NCBI GenBank assembly: GCA_965242695.1
Contig: CBDESU010000001.1
Coordinates: 1,504,001-1,568,000, forward strand
Origin: Cenarchaeum sp.
GTDB taxonomy: Archaea > Thermoproteota > Nitrososphaeria > Nitrososphaerales > Nitrosopumilaceae
Length of the DNA stretch: 64,000 nt
Direction: 5' to 3'
Below the pieces are notes generated by a model, which saw only the letters and a program-made list of their open reading frames with translations, did no database searches and had not been told where the DNA came from. Within the stretch, counting starts at the first letter, position 1. Every line of letters starts with the position of its first letter. Made by a program: the position numbers and the translations under genes. Shown here piece by piece: positions 10,131 to 19,547 of this stretch.

Positions 10131-10910
10131 GTGCAGGCTGTGCAGGGACAAAAGCAGAAGGCTCGCGAGGCGGCGCGGACAGGCCGCGGCAGGGCCGCCG
10201 CAGAGGCGGACGGCAGGGCCGAGTTCAGAGAGATGTTCGTGTCGCTCGTCGATCCGGCAGGTGTACTCGACATGGAGAGGTGCGGCAGGACGGCCGCCCT
10301 GATGAGGGAGGCGGCGTCAAGGTCGGGGTACGAGGCGGGGGCCAGGATGGCATCCATGCTGGAGGACATCTTTGCCGACACGGCCGACATTGCGAACAGG
10401 CCCGTCGAGGACGGGGCGCTGGGCCATACCCATGTCGCGTTTCGCAACATAATCGAGATACTGCACGACACGGCCGAGCTGTACAGGGAGGAATGGGGGA
10501 TCAAGCAGGAAGGCCCGCTCCCGTTCTGGAGGAATGTGAACAGAGATCCCGAGCCGGTCGCCAAGCTGGAGGAGGTGAGAAAGACCGTTGCAGACCTCAG
10601 GTCAAAGGCGGACGCGTACCGCGAAGAGCTGAGGGCCGCCGACCCTCCAGGCTCCGGCTTGGACAAATACGACGCGTCGTACAGGGGCAACATCTGTAGG
10701 GACCTCGTAAGGGAGGACATGGAAAAAATACGTGCGAATTGCAGGGCAAGGGGCGTCGATCCCATATTCCCGCCCAGGCCAAAGCCGCTCGACGAGCACT
10801 TCAAGAAGTGCGATGGTCCAATCTGGTCGTCGGCAGAGATAGTCGCATGGGCAAGGGGCAACGGCCCCCCTGACGGGTACGAGGTGGTCAAGGTTGAGGA
10901 CGACGAGTGA
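10131..10910 (+). CDS. Unknown 259-aa protein, family A copy 2
   Basis: Long near-identical stretches with copy 1 at DNA and protein level. Overlaps the downstream PIN gene. Confidence 0.8.
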   Translation: MQAVQGQKQKAREAARTGRGRAAAEADGRAEFREMFVSLVDPAGVLDMERCGRTAALMREAASRSGYEAGARMASMLEDIFADTADIANRPVEDGALGHTHVAFRNIIEILHDTAELYREEWGIKQEGPLPFWRNVNRDPEPVAKLEEVRKTVADLRSKADAYREELRAADPPGSGLDKYDASYRGNICRDLVREDMEKIRANCRARGVDPIFPPRPKPLDEHFKKCDGPIWSSAEIVAWARGNGPPDGYEVVKVEDDE

Positions 10911-11493
10911 CGTCAATGTCTTTAGAGTCTATCTTGACACCAGCGTTATTGTGGCGCTGGCAGTGGCGTTTGACCTGCACCACAACGATGCTGTCAGGAC
11001 GTGCGTTGCCCTGCTGCGAGGTGGGCATCAACTGATCACCTCGCGGCTGGCCATCATAGAGGCGATCGGCTCGGTTCGCAAGAAGATCACGATGTCGCAC
11101 AGGTACCAGTCGGGGAGCGAGGAGGAGCGGGCAGGTGTGGATGCGGATGCGGCCAAGGCCGTCAAGGACCTGCTCGGACTCATAGAATACATGACAAGGC
11201 ATGGCTTTCTAAAGATCACAGAGCCAAAACGCTGGTCGCCCGACTTTTCACTCTTGTACGACAGGGTGATCGAGCAGGTCGGCCGCGCCGTGCACACCGG
11301 CAAGGGCAAGAACTACAGGTACCGAGGCGTCGGGTCGTACGACTGGCTGAACTTCCTGCTCGCCCGGGACTCTGGCGCGTCCGTCATCTGCACGACTGAT
11401 GCGGCGTTCGCCGACATCGAGGGCAACGACAGTGAGTTTGGGCACATCAGGATACAGCTGGCCGGCGCCCCGTTGATCACCGGCGCCCTGTGA
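10894..11493 (+). CDS. PIN-domain (VapC-like) ribonuclease
   Basis: VYLDTSVIVA, H..A, ITSRLAIIEA, YDWLN and ICTTD.AF acidic PIN motifs. Confidence 0.85.
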   Translation: MRTTSDVNVFRVYLDTSVIVALAVAFDLHHNDAVRTCVALLRGGHQLITSRLAIIEAIGSVRKKITMSHRYQSGSEEERAGVDADAAKAVKDLLGLIEYMTRHGFLKITEPKRWSPDFSLLYDRVIEQVGRAVHTGKGKNYRYRGVGSYDWLNFLLARDSGASVICTTDAAFADIEGNDSEFGHIRIQLAGAPLITGAL

Positions 11494-11612
11494 GTAGCGC
11501 GCGCATGCCGCAATGCTGGCACCGCCAGGGAACAGGGGATTCCTGCAACCGTAGGCAGTATGCACGGTGCGCCAGAGCCCGCCGCGGCGCGCGTGCGCGC
11601 ACATCCGCCGCC

Positions 11613-13073
11613 CTACGCCGCGCCCAGCCGCGCATCGACGGCATCGAGCACGCGGGCCGTCCGCCGCACGATCCGCTCCAGGTCGTACGGCACGACGGCC
11701 AGCGGCGGGACCAGCATGATCATGTCGCCGAGCGTGCGCAGGAACACGTCGCGGCGGCGCCCCTCCTCGAACACCACCTTGTTGAGCGACGGGAGGCGGC
11801 GCGAGGCGGCGGGCGCATCGCCCCCGGCCCCGCTCCCGCCCCTGCCCCCCCTCCTGCCGGCCGGCCGCCCGTACGCCGCACCCGCGGCGGCCACGCAGAT
11901 CCCCGCTAGCATCCCCCTGTGGCGGACCGCCCCCGCCGAGGATAGCGGCCGGATGTGCCTGTCGAGCAGCCTGCCGAGCTCGGCCGACGAGTCGCGCACC
12001 CTGGCGATCAGCCCCTCGCTCTCGTACAGGGCCAGGTTGGCGTTGGCCGCGGCCGCGGCCAGCGGGTTTCCCGTGTACGTGTGGCCGTGGAACAGGTGGC
12101 GCCCCTCGTCGTGCCGCCCGAGGAACGACTCGTACACCCTACGCGTGGCCAGCGTGGCGGCCATCGGAAGGCAGCCGCCGGTGAGCATCTTGCCGTACGA
12201 GACGATGTCGGGCCTGCTGCCCTGCGCCCTGTGCTCGGCCATCGAGCCGAGGCGGCCGAGCCCCGTGGCCACCTCGTCAAGGACGAGCGCCACGCCGAAC
12301 CGGCGGCACAGCTCGGACGCCCCGCGCTCGAACCCGTCGGGGTACACGGCGACGCCGCCGGCGACCTGCGCGCCGCTCTCCATTACGAGCGCCGCAATGG
12401 ACGGGTCGGACTCGAAGGCGGCCCCCATCTTCTCGAGGCACCTGCGCGAGTCCTCCGCCGGCGTCATTCCCGCCGGCGGGTCGGCAAGGTCGGGCGCCGG
12501 CAGGCGCCTCACGCCGCGCAGCAGGAGCGGCTCGTACCCCCGCGTGAACGACGGCACGCCGCACAGCGACATCACGCCGAGCGTGTCGCCGTGGTACCCG
12601 CCCTCGAGTGCGGCGATCCTCGCGCGCCCCTCCTCGCCGCGGTTGGCCGCGTGCATGACGGCCATCTTCATGGCCGCCTCCATTGCGGTCGACCCGTCGT
12701 CCGAAAAGAACGCTCGGTGCATGCCCGGCGCGACATCCTCGACGAGCCTCAAGGCGAGCTCCTCGGCCGGCCGGTTCGTGAGGTTGAACAGCGTCGAGTG
12801 CGGCATGCGCCTGGCCTGCGCTACCATCGCATCGACGATCGGGCGCGGCGTCCTGCCCCACACGTTCGTCCACATGGATCCCACCGCGTCGAGCAGGTGG
12901 CGCCCGCCGGAGAGGAACAGGGTGGAGCCGACCATGCGGACGGCCTCGTCAAAGCCGTCCGGCCACTCGGACATCTGCGTGTTCGGGTGCCACACGCGGC
13001 TTTCGGACGGATCCTCGGCCGCATCGCAGGCTCCGCGCCCCGCGCCGCCCCGCCTCGCCGCCGCCGATCCCAT
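11613..13073 (-). CDS. bioA: Adenosylmethionine-8-amino-7-oxononanoate aminotransferase
   Basis: VWHPNTQM, DDGSTAME.A.K, GYHGDT, DEVATG.GR, GKMLTGG and HGHTYTGNP motifs. Confidence 0.93.
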   Translation of the reverse strand: MGSAAARRGGAGRGACDAAEDPSESRVWHPNTQMSEWPDGFDEAVRMVGSTLFLSGGRHLLDAVGSMWTNVWGRTPRPIVDAMVAQARRMPHSTLFNLTNRPAEELALRLVEDVAPGMHRAFFSDDGSTAMEAAMKMAVMHAANRGEEGRARIAALEGGYHGDTLGVMSLCGVPSFTRGYEPLLLRGVRRLPAPDLADPPAGMTPAEDSRRCLEKMGAAFESDPSIAALVMESGAQVAGGVAVYPDGFERGASELCRRFGVALVLDEVATGLGRLGSMAEHRAQGSRPDIVSYGKMLTGGCLPMAATLATRRVYESFLGRHDEGRHLFHGHTYTGNPLAAAAANANLALYESEGLIARVRDSSAELGRLLDRHIRPLSSAGAVRHRGMLAGICVAAAGAAYGRPAGRRGGRGGSGAGGDAPAASRRLPSLNKVVFEEGRRRDVFLRTLGDMIMLVPPLAVVPYDLERIVRRTARVLDAVDARLGAA

Positions 13074-13252
13074 GCGCCGGGCCGCGCCGCGCCGCTATAA
13101 AAGGCGCCCCCCTGCTGGCGCCTGCGCAATTGCGGCCGCTCCCGGCGCAGCCGCGGGGGCTTTCGATCCTGCACCCCTCCAGGCATGCGGGAGAACCGCG
13201 CCGATCGCATCCGCGCCCGGCGTGCGCCCGGCGCATGCCGGCGCGCCGCGCA

Positions 13253-13260
13253 GTTTATAC
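13253..13260 (+). promoter_or_regulatory. TATA box for the transposase-derived gene, divergent from the bioA TATA box at ~13096-13102
   Basis: gtttatac 29 nt upstream of ATG 13289. Confidence 0.55.
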
Positions 13261-13288
13261 CGCCCGCAGTCCGCCGCAAGGCGGGGCA

Positions 13289-14095
13289 ATGCCAGGCAGT
13301 CCGAGCAAGGGATCCCGCGTGGGGAGCGGCGCGCAGGGCGGCTGGTTCGATCGCATCCCCCCGCCGTCGCCGGACGCGCACGGCAGGAGGGTCGTAATGC
13401 TCGTCGTAGACTACAAGGTGGTAAGGATCGCCGAGCCGGGCGGCCGTGGGGCCGACGGCAGGGCGCGCGCCGCGAAGTACGGCGTGCTGGCCATTGCCCG
13501 CTCGGACGGCCTGATAATATTCCTGAGCAAGGCGCAGCGGGGGCTTGCCACCGGCGCAGCATCCCTCCGCTCCATCCTTCCGAAATTGGGCATCCTGACA
13601 GATTCGCTCGAAAATCCCGACACCCCTCCCGACGAGCGCGTCGTGGTGTGCGTCGACCGCGCCCTGCAGGAGATCAAAAAGGTCTGGCCCGGCGCCGATG
13701 TTCTCGTTCCGCACGGCGGGCGGCGGGCGGCCGGCGCCGCCCGGGCCGCAGACATTACAAAGGGCATGCAGTCCGCCGAGAGCAGGTCAGGCATAGAGAT
13801 GGCCTTCCGCGGGATCGACGGGTACAGGCTTGTCGGCGGGGTCTTTGCCGGGACGGCCGACGACTTTGACGAGACGCTCCAGGTCGTGGCCGGGATGGTC
13901 AACATGCGGGTGATAGCGCGCGCCAAGGAGGCGCGCAAGAAGGGATCCGGCAAGAAGGGATCCGGCAAGAAGGGATCCGGCAAGAAGGGATCCGGCAAGA
14001 AGGGATCCGGCAAGAAGGGATCCGGCCGGAAAGGCAGGAAAGGTGCAGGTATGGCGGCGGCGCGGGGCAGGGATGCGGCAGGGCTCCAAGGCTGA
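13289..14095 (+). CDS. Stand-alone IS5/DDE_Tnp_4-type transposase catalytic domain with (KKGSG)6 basic tail
   Basis: Aligns by eye with the transposase at 59967..61220: ILPKLGILTDSLENPDTP..RVVVCVDRA..WPGADV.VP vs TLPFLGDITRSMEDPATP..RMTVNVDKA..WPGADVRIP, and RSGIEMAFRGIDGYRLVGGVFAGT vs RSIAENEFRRIKIYPLVGGIFRGT. Confidence 0.8.
   Translation: MPGSPSKGSRVGSGAQGGWFDRIPPPSPDAHGRRVVMLVVDYKVVRIAEPGGRGADGRARAAKYGVLAIARSDGLIIFLSKAQRGLATGAASLRSILPKLGILTDSLENPDTPPDERVVVCVDRALQEIKKVWPGADVLVPHGGRRAAGAARAADITKGMQSAESRSGIEMAFRGIDGYRLVGGVFAGTADDFDETLQVVAGMVNMRVIARAKEARKKGSGKKGSGKKGSGKKGSGKKGSGKKGSGRKGRKGAGMAAARGRDAAGLQG
13937..14026 (+). repeat. 15-bp coding tandem repeat aagaagggatccggc x6 (KKGSG)
   Basis: Six perfect copies. 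Confidence 0.97.
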
Positions 14096-14331
14096 CCGGG
14101 CCCGCCGCGGCAGGGCCAGCCTTCCGGCTCTCGCCGGCGCGTGCGGCGCGTCTAAGCTGCACGTATGCGCGCGACGATGCATGTGATCCGCCGCCGAGTA
14201 TCTACGTGCGGCGCAGGGGCCTTGGGTGCAGGCCGCCCCGGATCTGTCCCGCCCGCAGAGGCGCCGCGGCGCCGTCTGCCCCGCGGCCGCAGGCGGCCGC
14301 GGCCGCCGTGCCCCCCCTCCCCCCCGCCCCG

Positions 14332-14946
14332 CTACGCGCGCCCGATCCCGCCCGACTCTATCGCCCTGTCACGGCCGCGCCTGGCCTCGTCGAGGGACGG
14401 ATCCAGCCGCAGCGCCTCGTCGTACGCCGCGGCCGCCTCGGCGTGCCTGCCCAGCGCGGCGAGCGAGTCGCCGCGCCCCCTGTGCGCATCGGGTATGCCT
14501 GGGTCGATCCCGAGCGCCGCCTCGAACCTTGCGAGCGCCTCCTCGAACCTGCCCAGCGAGACGAGCGACTCGCCGGCGCCCCAGTGGGATCCCGCAAACC
14601 CCGGCGCAAGCCGCGCCGATGCATCGGATGCGGCCAGCGCCTCCTCGAACCTGCCCTCGTGGATCAGGACCGTCGAGCGCCCCCAGTGGGCCGCGGCCAT
14701 GTCGGGGTCGCAGGCAAGCGCGCGTTCGTACGCGGCCATCGCATCCCCGTACATGCAAAGCTCGCCCAGGCAAAAGCCGCGGCCCCAGTGCGCCCATGCG
14801 TTGGACGGGTCGGCCTCCACGGCGCGGTCGTACGCATCGATGGCCTCGCCGTATGCGCCGCGAAGTGTCAGCCTCCTGGCCTCTTCCACGAGGCGTTCCG
14901 CGCCGCCAAAGATGCCCACAGCGCCGGGGCCGGGCCGCCGGCACAT
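14332..14946 (-). CDS. TPR repeat protein
   Basis: About five 34-aa repeats (AH..RG..L..LGR.EEA.A.Y..AL..DP). Start uncertain. Confidence 0.88.
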   Translation of the reverse strand: MCRRPGPGAVGIFGGAERLVEEARRLTLRGAYGEAIDAYDRAVEADPSNAWAHWGRGFCLGELCMYGDAMAAYERALACDPDMAAAHWGRSTVLIHEGRFEEALAASDASARLAPGFAGSHWGAGESLVSLGRFEEALARFEAALGIDPGIPDAHRGRGDSLAALGRHAEAAAAYDEALRLDPSLDEARRGRDRAIESGGIGRA

Positions 14947-15079
14947 AGCGGTTGCGGATCGGCAGGCCCGGTTGCGCGGCCGCCCGGCCGCCCGGCCGCC
15001 CTGCAGGGAAGGGCGGAGGAGGGCGGGGCGCCGTGCGATCCCGCCCGCAGGCGCCGGCAGGGCGGCCCATGCCCCCGCC

Positions 15080-17587
15080 CTAGTTCCCGTTGCCGCTTCC
15101 GCCGCCGCTGTTATGCCTGCCGCTCACTCCGAGCAGGTCGGTCGCAACGGCAAACTCGAACCGCCTCATCCTCTCGGAGAGCGGCAGGACGGCAGACCCG
15201 AGGGCCCACTCTCGGGCCTCGGAGCCGACGGGCATGTCGAGCGCGCCGCTGCCGCATATGATCGCGTACTCGGCGTGGGTGTACTCGCACAGCAGCCCCT
15301 CGTTGCTGATGCACGCCTCGGCCTCGGCGCATGCATAGTCGAGCGATCCGCGCTCCATGTCGACGATCATCTCCCTGGTGATCGACGCGTCGGGGACCGT
15401 CGGCAGGAGCGCCCACAGGCCGGCCCGCGCGTCGCGCACGGCCGGCATCCCGTGCCGCATGGACACGTCGCGCTCGGCGAACGCGGTGGCCCGCACGCCG
15501 TGCAGGCGCTCGCACTCGTCGGGCCCCGCAGCGGCAAGGGGCGAGTCGGCCACGCCCTCGAGCGGGTTGGCCGTAAACCACAGGCGCGCGTCGGGATCGT
15601 GCCACGCGTCGCCGTGCACGCCCCCGCGCGGCGCGGACGGCGGCACGGCCGGCCCGGCTGCTCGCGCCCTCGCCTCCTGCGAGCGGGCATGCGCCTCGCG
15701 CAGCATCCTCGACAGGGTCTTGCCGTCCCCCCGCCTGATGCGGATGAGCTCGTCGGCGGTGCGCGACATGTTGTCGATCAGGTACTGGATCCAGGAATAG
15801 TCGTAGGGGTCGTCGAACGGCGGGAGGCTGCGCGCTCGCAGCTCGCCCGGGGCCGCGCCGCCGGCGCCGCCGGACGCGCCGGCGCCCCCTGACGCCCACG
15901 CCTCGTACACGCGGGCGGCGCGCACGCGCGCCCCCTCGAGCAGGCGCCGCCCGGCAAGGACCGACAGCGCGCGCGGCGAGACGATGTCTAGCATGCCGTA
16001 CTCGGCCCTGACCGCATCGCACTCGGCGAGCGCCTCGGCGTACCCGGGCCTGGCCAGCACGCGGGCCGCCTCGCCGGGCGTCCACGGGCACGGCGAGGAC
16101 CACCCGGAGCGGCCCGCGCCGAGGACCCTCCTGCCGGCGTCCGCGTCCCAGTCCTCCTCGCCGCCGCCGACCCTCCTCGCCCCGATGTCGGCGGCGAGCA
16201 GCTCGTACCGCCTCGCCGTCGGCGGGACGAACGAGGAGTCTGGGCGCCGGCCCGACCCTGCCGCCTCCTCTATCGTCTCGTGTATGATGCGCCAGTGGGG
16301 GACGGACAGCAGCGCGCGCTTTTCAGACTCTGGGAGGCCGTCCGTCTGCAGGCCGAACAGGTCGGCGAGCAGCGGCCGTATGCGCTCCTCGTACTCGGCG
16401 CGCGCCTCGGCGTGGCCGCGCAGCGCGCCGTGGAGCCTGCGGTCGCCCTCGGTCATGCCGCCGGCCGCCTCGACGGGGACGCCGGCGAGCACGCAGGCGG
16501 CCGCGACCCTGTGGTCGTACAGCACGGATCCCGATCCGTACCACGCGCCCCACCTCCTCGCCGCCAGGAGCTTTGCATACTCGTCCAGGACGCGCTCGCC
16601 CTCCCACTCGCGCTGCTTGCCGTACGCCTCGACGAGCAGCTCGGTCGGCGCAAGGCGCCCAAACTTTGCCTCCAGCTCCTCGAGGCGGCGCGCATCGGCC
16701 TCGCCGCACCGCGAGTACGCCTCGCGTATGTCGCCGGCGAGGGACTCGGCGCCGGCGCCCGGCACGCGTAGGTCGAACGAGCCGCCCCTCTCCTCCTCGG
16801 GGCTGCGGCCCGCGCTAGCGCGGCCGCCGGCGTACCTGAGGGACACGGTCCGGTTCGAGACGGAGCATCCGACGAACATCTCGAACGGGAGGTCCAGGCA
16901 CATCCCCCTGCCGGGGTCGACCAGGTACACGCCGCGGCTCGTCACGCAGGCCGTGCCGTCCCCCTGCAGCCACTGCACGCCGTCGTACTCGCCGAAGACG
17001 CGCTCGCCGGGGCCGACGACGAGCCTGCCCGAGCACGGGCCCCCCGCGGGGGACCCGCCGGACTCTGGGCCCGCGGCCCCTCCGGCCTCGCGGGCCGCCG
17101 CCCCGAGAAGATCCGCCGCGTCGGCCCGCCACCTCCTGCCGGCCAGGGCCGCCAGCCTTGCCCTTGCGACGGCGACTATCGCCCTTGCGAGCGAGGGCGC
17201 CTCGGACGCCTCCGCGGCGCGCCGGTCGGCCCTGTCCGGGTACATCCTCTTCATGTCCAGCTCCAGGTCGCAGTACGTCCGGCCGCCGCCCTCCCCGGCC
17301 TCGGGGCCGCCGGCGCCAGGGGACCACGTCACTCTGACCGTGCGGGCGCCCGGCGCGACGGCGCTGCGCACGTCCTGCGCGCCAATCTCCAGGATCGCCC
17401 TGCCGTCCCTGTCGGAGACCGCCAGGGCGTCGCTGCGCACGTACAGCTCGCGGCCCCCCTTGAGGTACGCCGAGACGACCTGGCTGGCCGGCGGCGCTCC
17501 GCTGCCGCCGCTGCCGGCATCTTCGTCCGCCTTCCGCTCGCGGCGCAGTACTGCCTGCCGCTGGATCCGCCCTAGGGGGCCGTGCAT
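15080..17587 (-). CDS. Large hypothetical protein with possible N-terminal PH/GRAM-like domains
   Basis: 835-aa ORF with host-like codon usage and an upstream TATA-like box. G..ACVTSRGVYLV...LDLPF is reminiscent of a PH fold. Confidence 0.65.
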   Translation of the reverse strand: MHGPLGRIQRQAVLRRERKADEDAGSGGSGAPPASQVVSAYLKGGRELYVRSDALAVSDRDGRAILEIGAQDVRSAVAPGARTVRVTWSPGAGGPEAGEGGGRTYCDLELDMKRMYPDRADRRAAEASEAPSLARAIVAVARARLAALAGRRWRADAADLLGAAAREAGGAAGPESGGSPAGGPCSGRLVVGPGERVFGEYDGVQWLQGDGTACVTSRGVYLVDPGRGMCLDLPFEMFVGCSVSNRTVSLRYAGGRASAGRSPEEERGGSFDLRVPGAGAESLAGDIREAYSRCGEADARRLEELEAKFGRLAPTELLVEAYGKQREWEGERVLDEYAKLLAARRWGAWYGSGSVLYDHRVAAACVLAGVPVEAAGGMTEGDRRLHGALRGHAEARAEYEERIRPLLADLFGLQTDGLPESEKRALLSVPHWRIIHETIEEAAGSGRRPDSSFVPPTARRYELLAADIGARRVGGGEEDWDADAGRRVLGAGRSGWSSPCPWTPGEAARVLARPGYAEALAECDAVRAEYGMLDIVSPRALSVLAGRRLLEGARVRAARVYEAWASGGAGASGGAGGAAPGELRARSLPPFDDPYDYSWIQYLIDNMSRTADELIRIRRGDGKTLSRMLREAHARSQEARARAAGPAVPPSAPRGGVHGDAWHDPDARLWFTANPLEGVADSPLAAAGPDECERLHGVRATAFAERDVSMRHGMPAVRDARAGLWALLPTVPDASITREMIVDMERGSLDYACAEAEACISNEGLLCEYTHAEYAIICGSGALDMPVGSEAREWALGSAVLPLSERMRRFEFAVATDLLGVSGRHNSGGGSGNGN

Positions 17588-17840
17588 GGCTCCACTGTAC
17601 CGTCATCACATATAAGGACGGTACACGGACGTAGGGTTTATATCTGGGTACCGTTTCGCCCGGAGGCCCAGATCCTGCCCCCGGGGGCGCCGGCGAGGGC
17701 CAGGCAGGGGGCCGCCGCGCCGGCCTCTTCGTGCCGCGCCGCGGCGCCCCCGTCTCCGCCCGGACGCGCCGGCCTCCCCCGGCGCCGCGATCCCCCTCCC
17801 CGGCAAAGCCCTTTAACTGAGCCCGCCCCCCTCGCCGCCC

Positions 17841-18602
17841 GTGGCGGACACGATCCTGGCCGTCTCCGGCGCGGCCAAGCGCTTTGCCGGCCCGCCCGTC
17901 CTGGTGGACATAAGCATGGAGGTCGAGCGCGGCGGAATATTCCAGCTGATCGGGCCCAACGGCAGCGGCAAGACGACGCTGATCAACGTCGTATCCGGCC
18001 TGCTGCGCCCCGACTCTGGGCGCGTCGAGTTCGACGGCGTCGACATTACGGAGATGGGCCTGTACGAGACGTACCGGCAGGGCCTGGTGCGCACGTGGCA
18101 GATACCGCAGCCGTTCTACGACCTCACGACGGCCGAGAACGTCCTGGTGTCGAGCGCGACAAACTCGGGCGAGTCGTTCCTGCTCGCCCCGCTGGCCCCA
18201 AAGTGGGCCGGCGACGAGCGCCGCGTCTCGGACGAGGCCGTCGCGGTCATGAGGACCGTCGGCCTGGAGGAAAAGGCGGACGTCCCCAGCAAGAACCTCA
18301 GCGGGGGGCAGCAAAAGCTGCTAGAGCTCGCCCGCGCCCTCATGTCCGGCGCGACGATGATACTCATGGACGAGCCGATCGCCGGCGTCAACCCGGCCCT
18401 GGCGCACAGCATATTTGAAAAGATCACCTCGATATGCAGGGACAGGGGGGTCACGTTCCTTATCGTGGAGCACCGCCTGGACATATCGCTGCAGTACGTC
18501 GAGAGGGTATTCGCGATGGACAGGGGGCGCATAATCGCGGAGGGATCCCCGGACGAGGTCGTGCGGCACCCCGCCGTCGTCGACTCGTACCTGGGAAGGT
18601 GA
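17841..18602 (+). CDS. livG: Branched-chain amino acid ABC transporter ATPase (LivG-like)
   Basis: GPNGSGKTT, LSGGQQK, LMDEP.AG and VEH motifs. Confidence 0.88.
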   Translation: MADTILAVSGAAKRFAGPPVLVDISMEVERGGIFQLIGPNGSGKTTLINVVSGLLRPDSGRVEFDGVDITEMGLYETYRQGLVRTWQIPQPFYDLTTAENVLVSSATNSGESFLLAPLAPKWAGDERRVSDEAVAVMRTVGLEEKADVPSKNLSGGQQKLLELARALMSGATMILMDEPIAGVNPALAHSIFEKITSICRDRGVTFLIVEHRLDISLQYVERVFAMDRGRIIAEGSPDEVVRHPAVVDSYLGR

Positions 18603-18607
18603 GGGGC

Positions 18608-19348
18608 GTGGCCGAGGCGGGCGGGTCCGGAGGAGGCGCCGTCGTCCGCGTCGACTCGCTCGACTCGGGCTACATGGGCAACCACATCCTGTTCGGCGTC
18701 GACTTTGAGGCGCTCGAGGGCCTCATAACCGTCATCGTGGGGCCCAACGGGAGCGGCAAGAGCACGCTCCTCAAGAGCATGTTCGGGCTGTGCACGATAC
18801 ACTCTGGGACGATCAGGGTGCGCGGGGTCGACATTACGGGGATGGCCCCCCACGAGGTGGCCCGCCAGAGGATCGCGTACCTCCCGCAGGTCAACAACGT
18901 CTTTGCCAACCTGACGGTCCTCGAGAACCTCGCGATGGCCGGATACACGCTCGGCCGCCAGGATGCGGGGGAGCGCATACCGCCGCTGCTCGAGACGTTT
19001 CCCGTCCTCGGCCGCCTCCGGTCGTCAAAGGCCGGCGTGCTCAGCGGCGGCGAGCGGCAGATGCTCGGAATGGCGATGGCGCTGGTCCGCCGCCCGACCG
19101 TCATGCTGTTCGACGAGCCTACTGCGAGCCTCTCGCCGCGCCTTGCCGGCGAGGTGCTCGCCAAGATACGCGAGATGAAGGAGGAGTTTGGGATAACGGT
19201 GGTCCTGGTCGAGCAGAACGTGGAGCGGGCGCTCGGCATCGGCGACCGCGTATACCTGCTGGCCAACGGCAAGAACGTGTTCGACGGCAGTCCCGACGAC
19301 CTGCGAAGGCAGCCCGACCTCGGCAGGCTGTACCTGGGGATCGGATAG
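18608..19348 (+). CDS. livF: Branched-chain amino acid ABC transporter ATPase (LivF-like)
   Basis: GPNGSGKST, LSGGERQML, FDEPTA.L and VEQN motifs, ending LYLG. Confidence 0.88.
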   Translation: MAEAGGSGGGAVVRVDSLDSGYMGNHILFGVDFEALEGLITVIVGPNGSGKSTLLKSMFGLCTIHSGTIRVRGVDITGMAPHEVARQRIAYLPQVNNVFANLTVLENLAMAGYTLGRQDAGERIPPLLETFPVLGRLRSSKAGVLSGGERQMLGMAMALVRRPTVMLFDEPTASLSPRLAGEVLAKIREMKEEFGITVVLVEQNVERALGIGDRVYLLANGKNVFDGSPDDLRRQPDLGRLYLGIG

Positions 19349-19547
19349 GCTCGCGGGGCCCGCGGCAGCGCATGCGCCGCGGCATCGCCCCGCCATCCTG
19401 GGGAGAGGCGGCGCATCGGGAAGGGTCGCCGGGGGCGCGCCCCGCGGCGCGGGGAGGGGCAGGGGGCGGCCGCGACGGGCCCCCCACCGGCGAAGCGAAA
19501 AATGGCGGAACCGCTACCCGGGTGTCCGCCTTGGGTAGTCGGCCTTG

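Noticed and set aside
11560-13869. 769-aa + strand ORF
   Set aside because: Antisense shadow of bioA with Ser/Arg/Pro-rich composition typical of high-GC non-coding frames.
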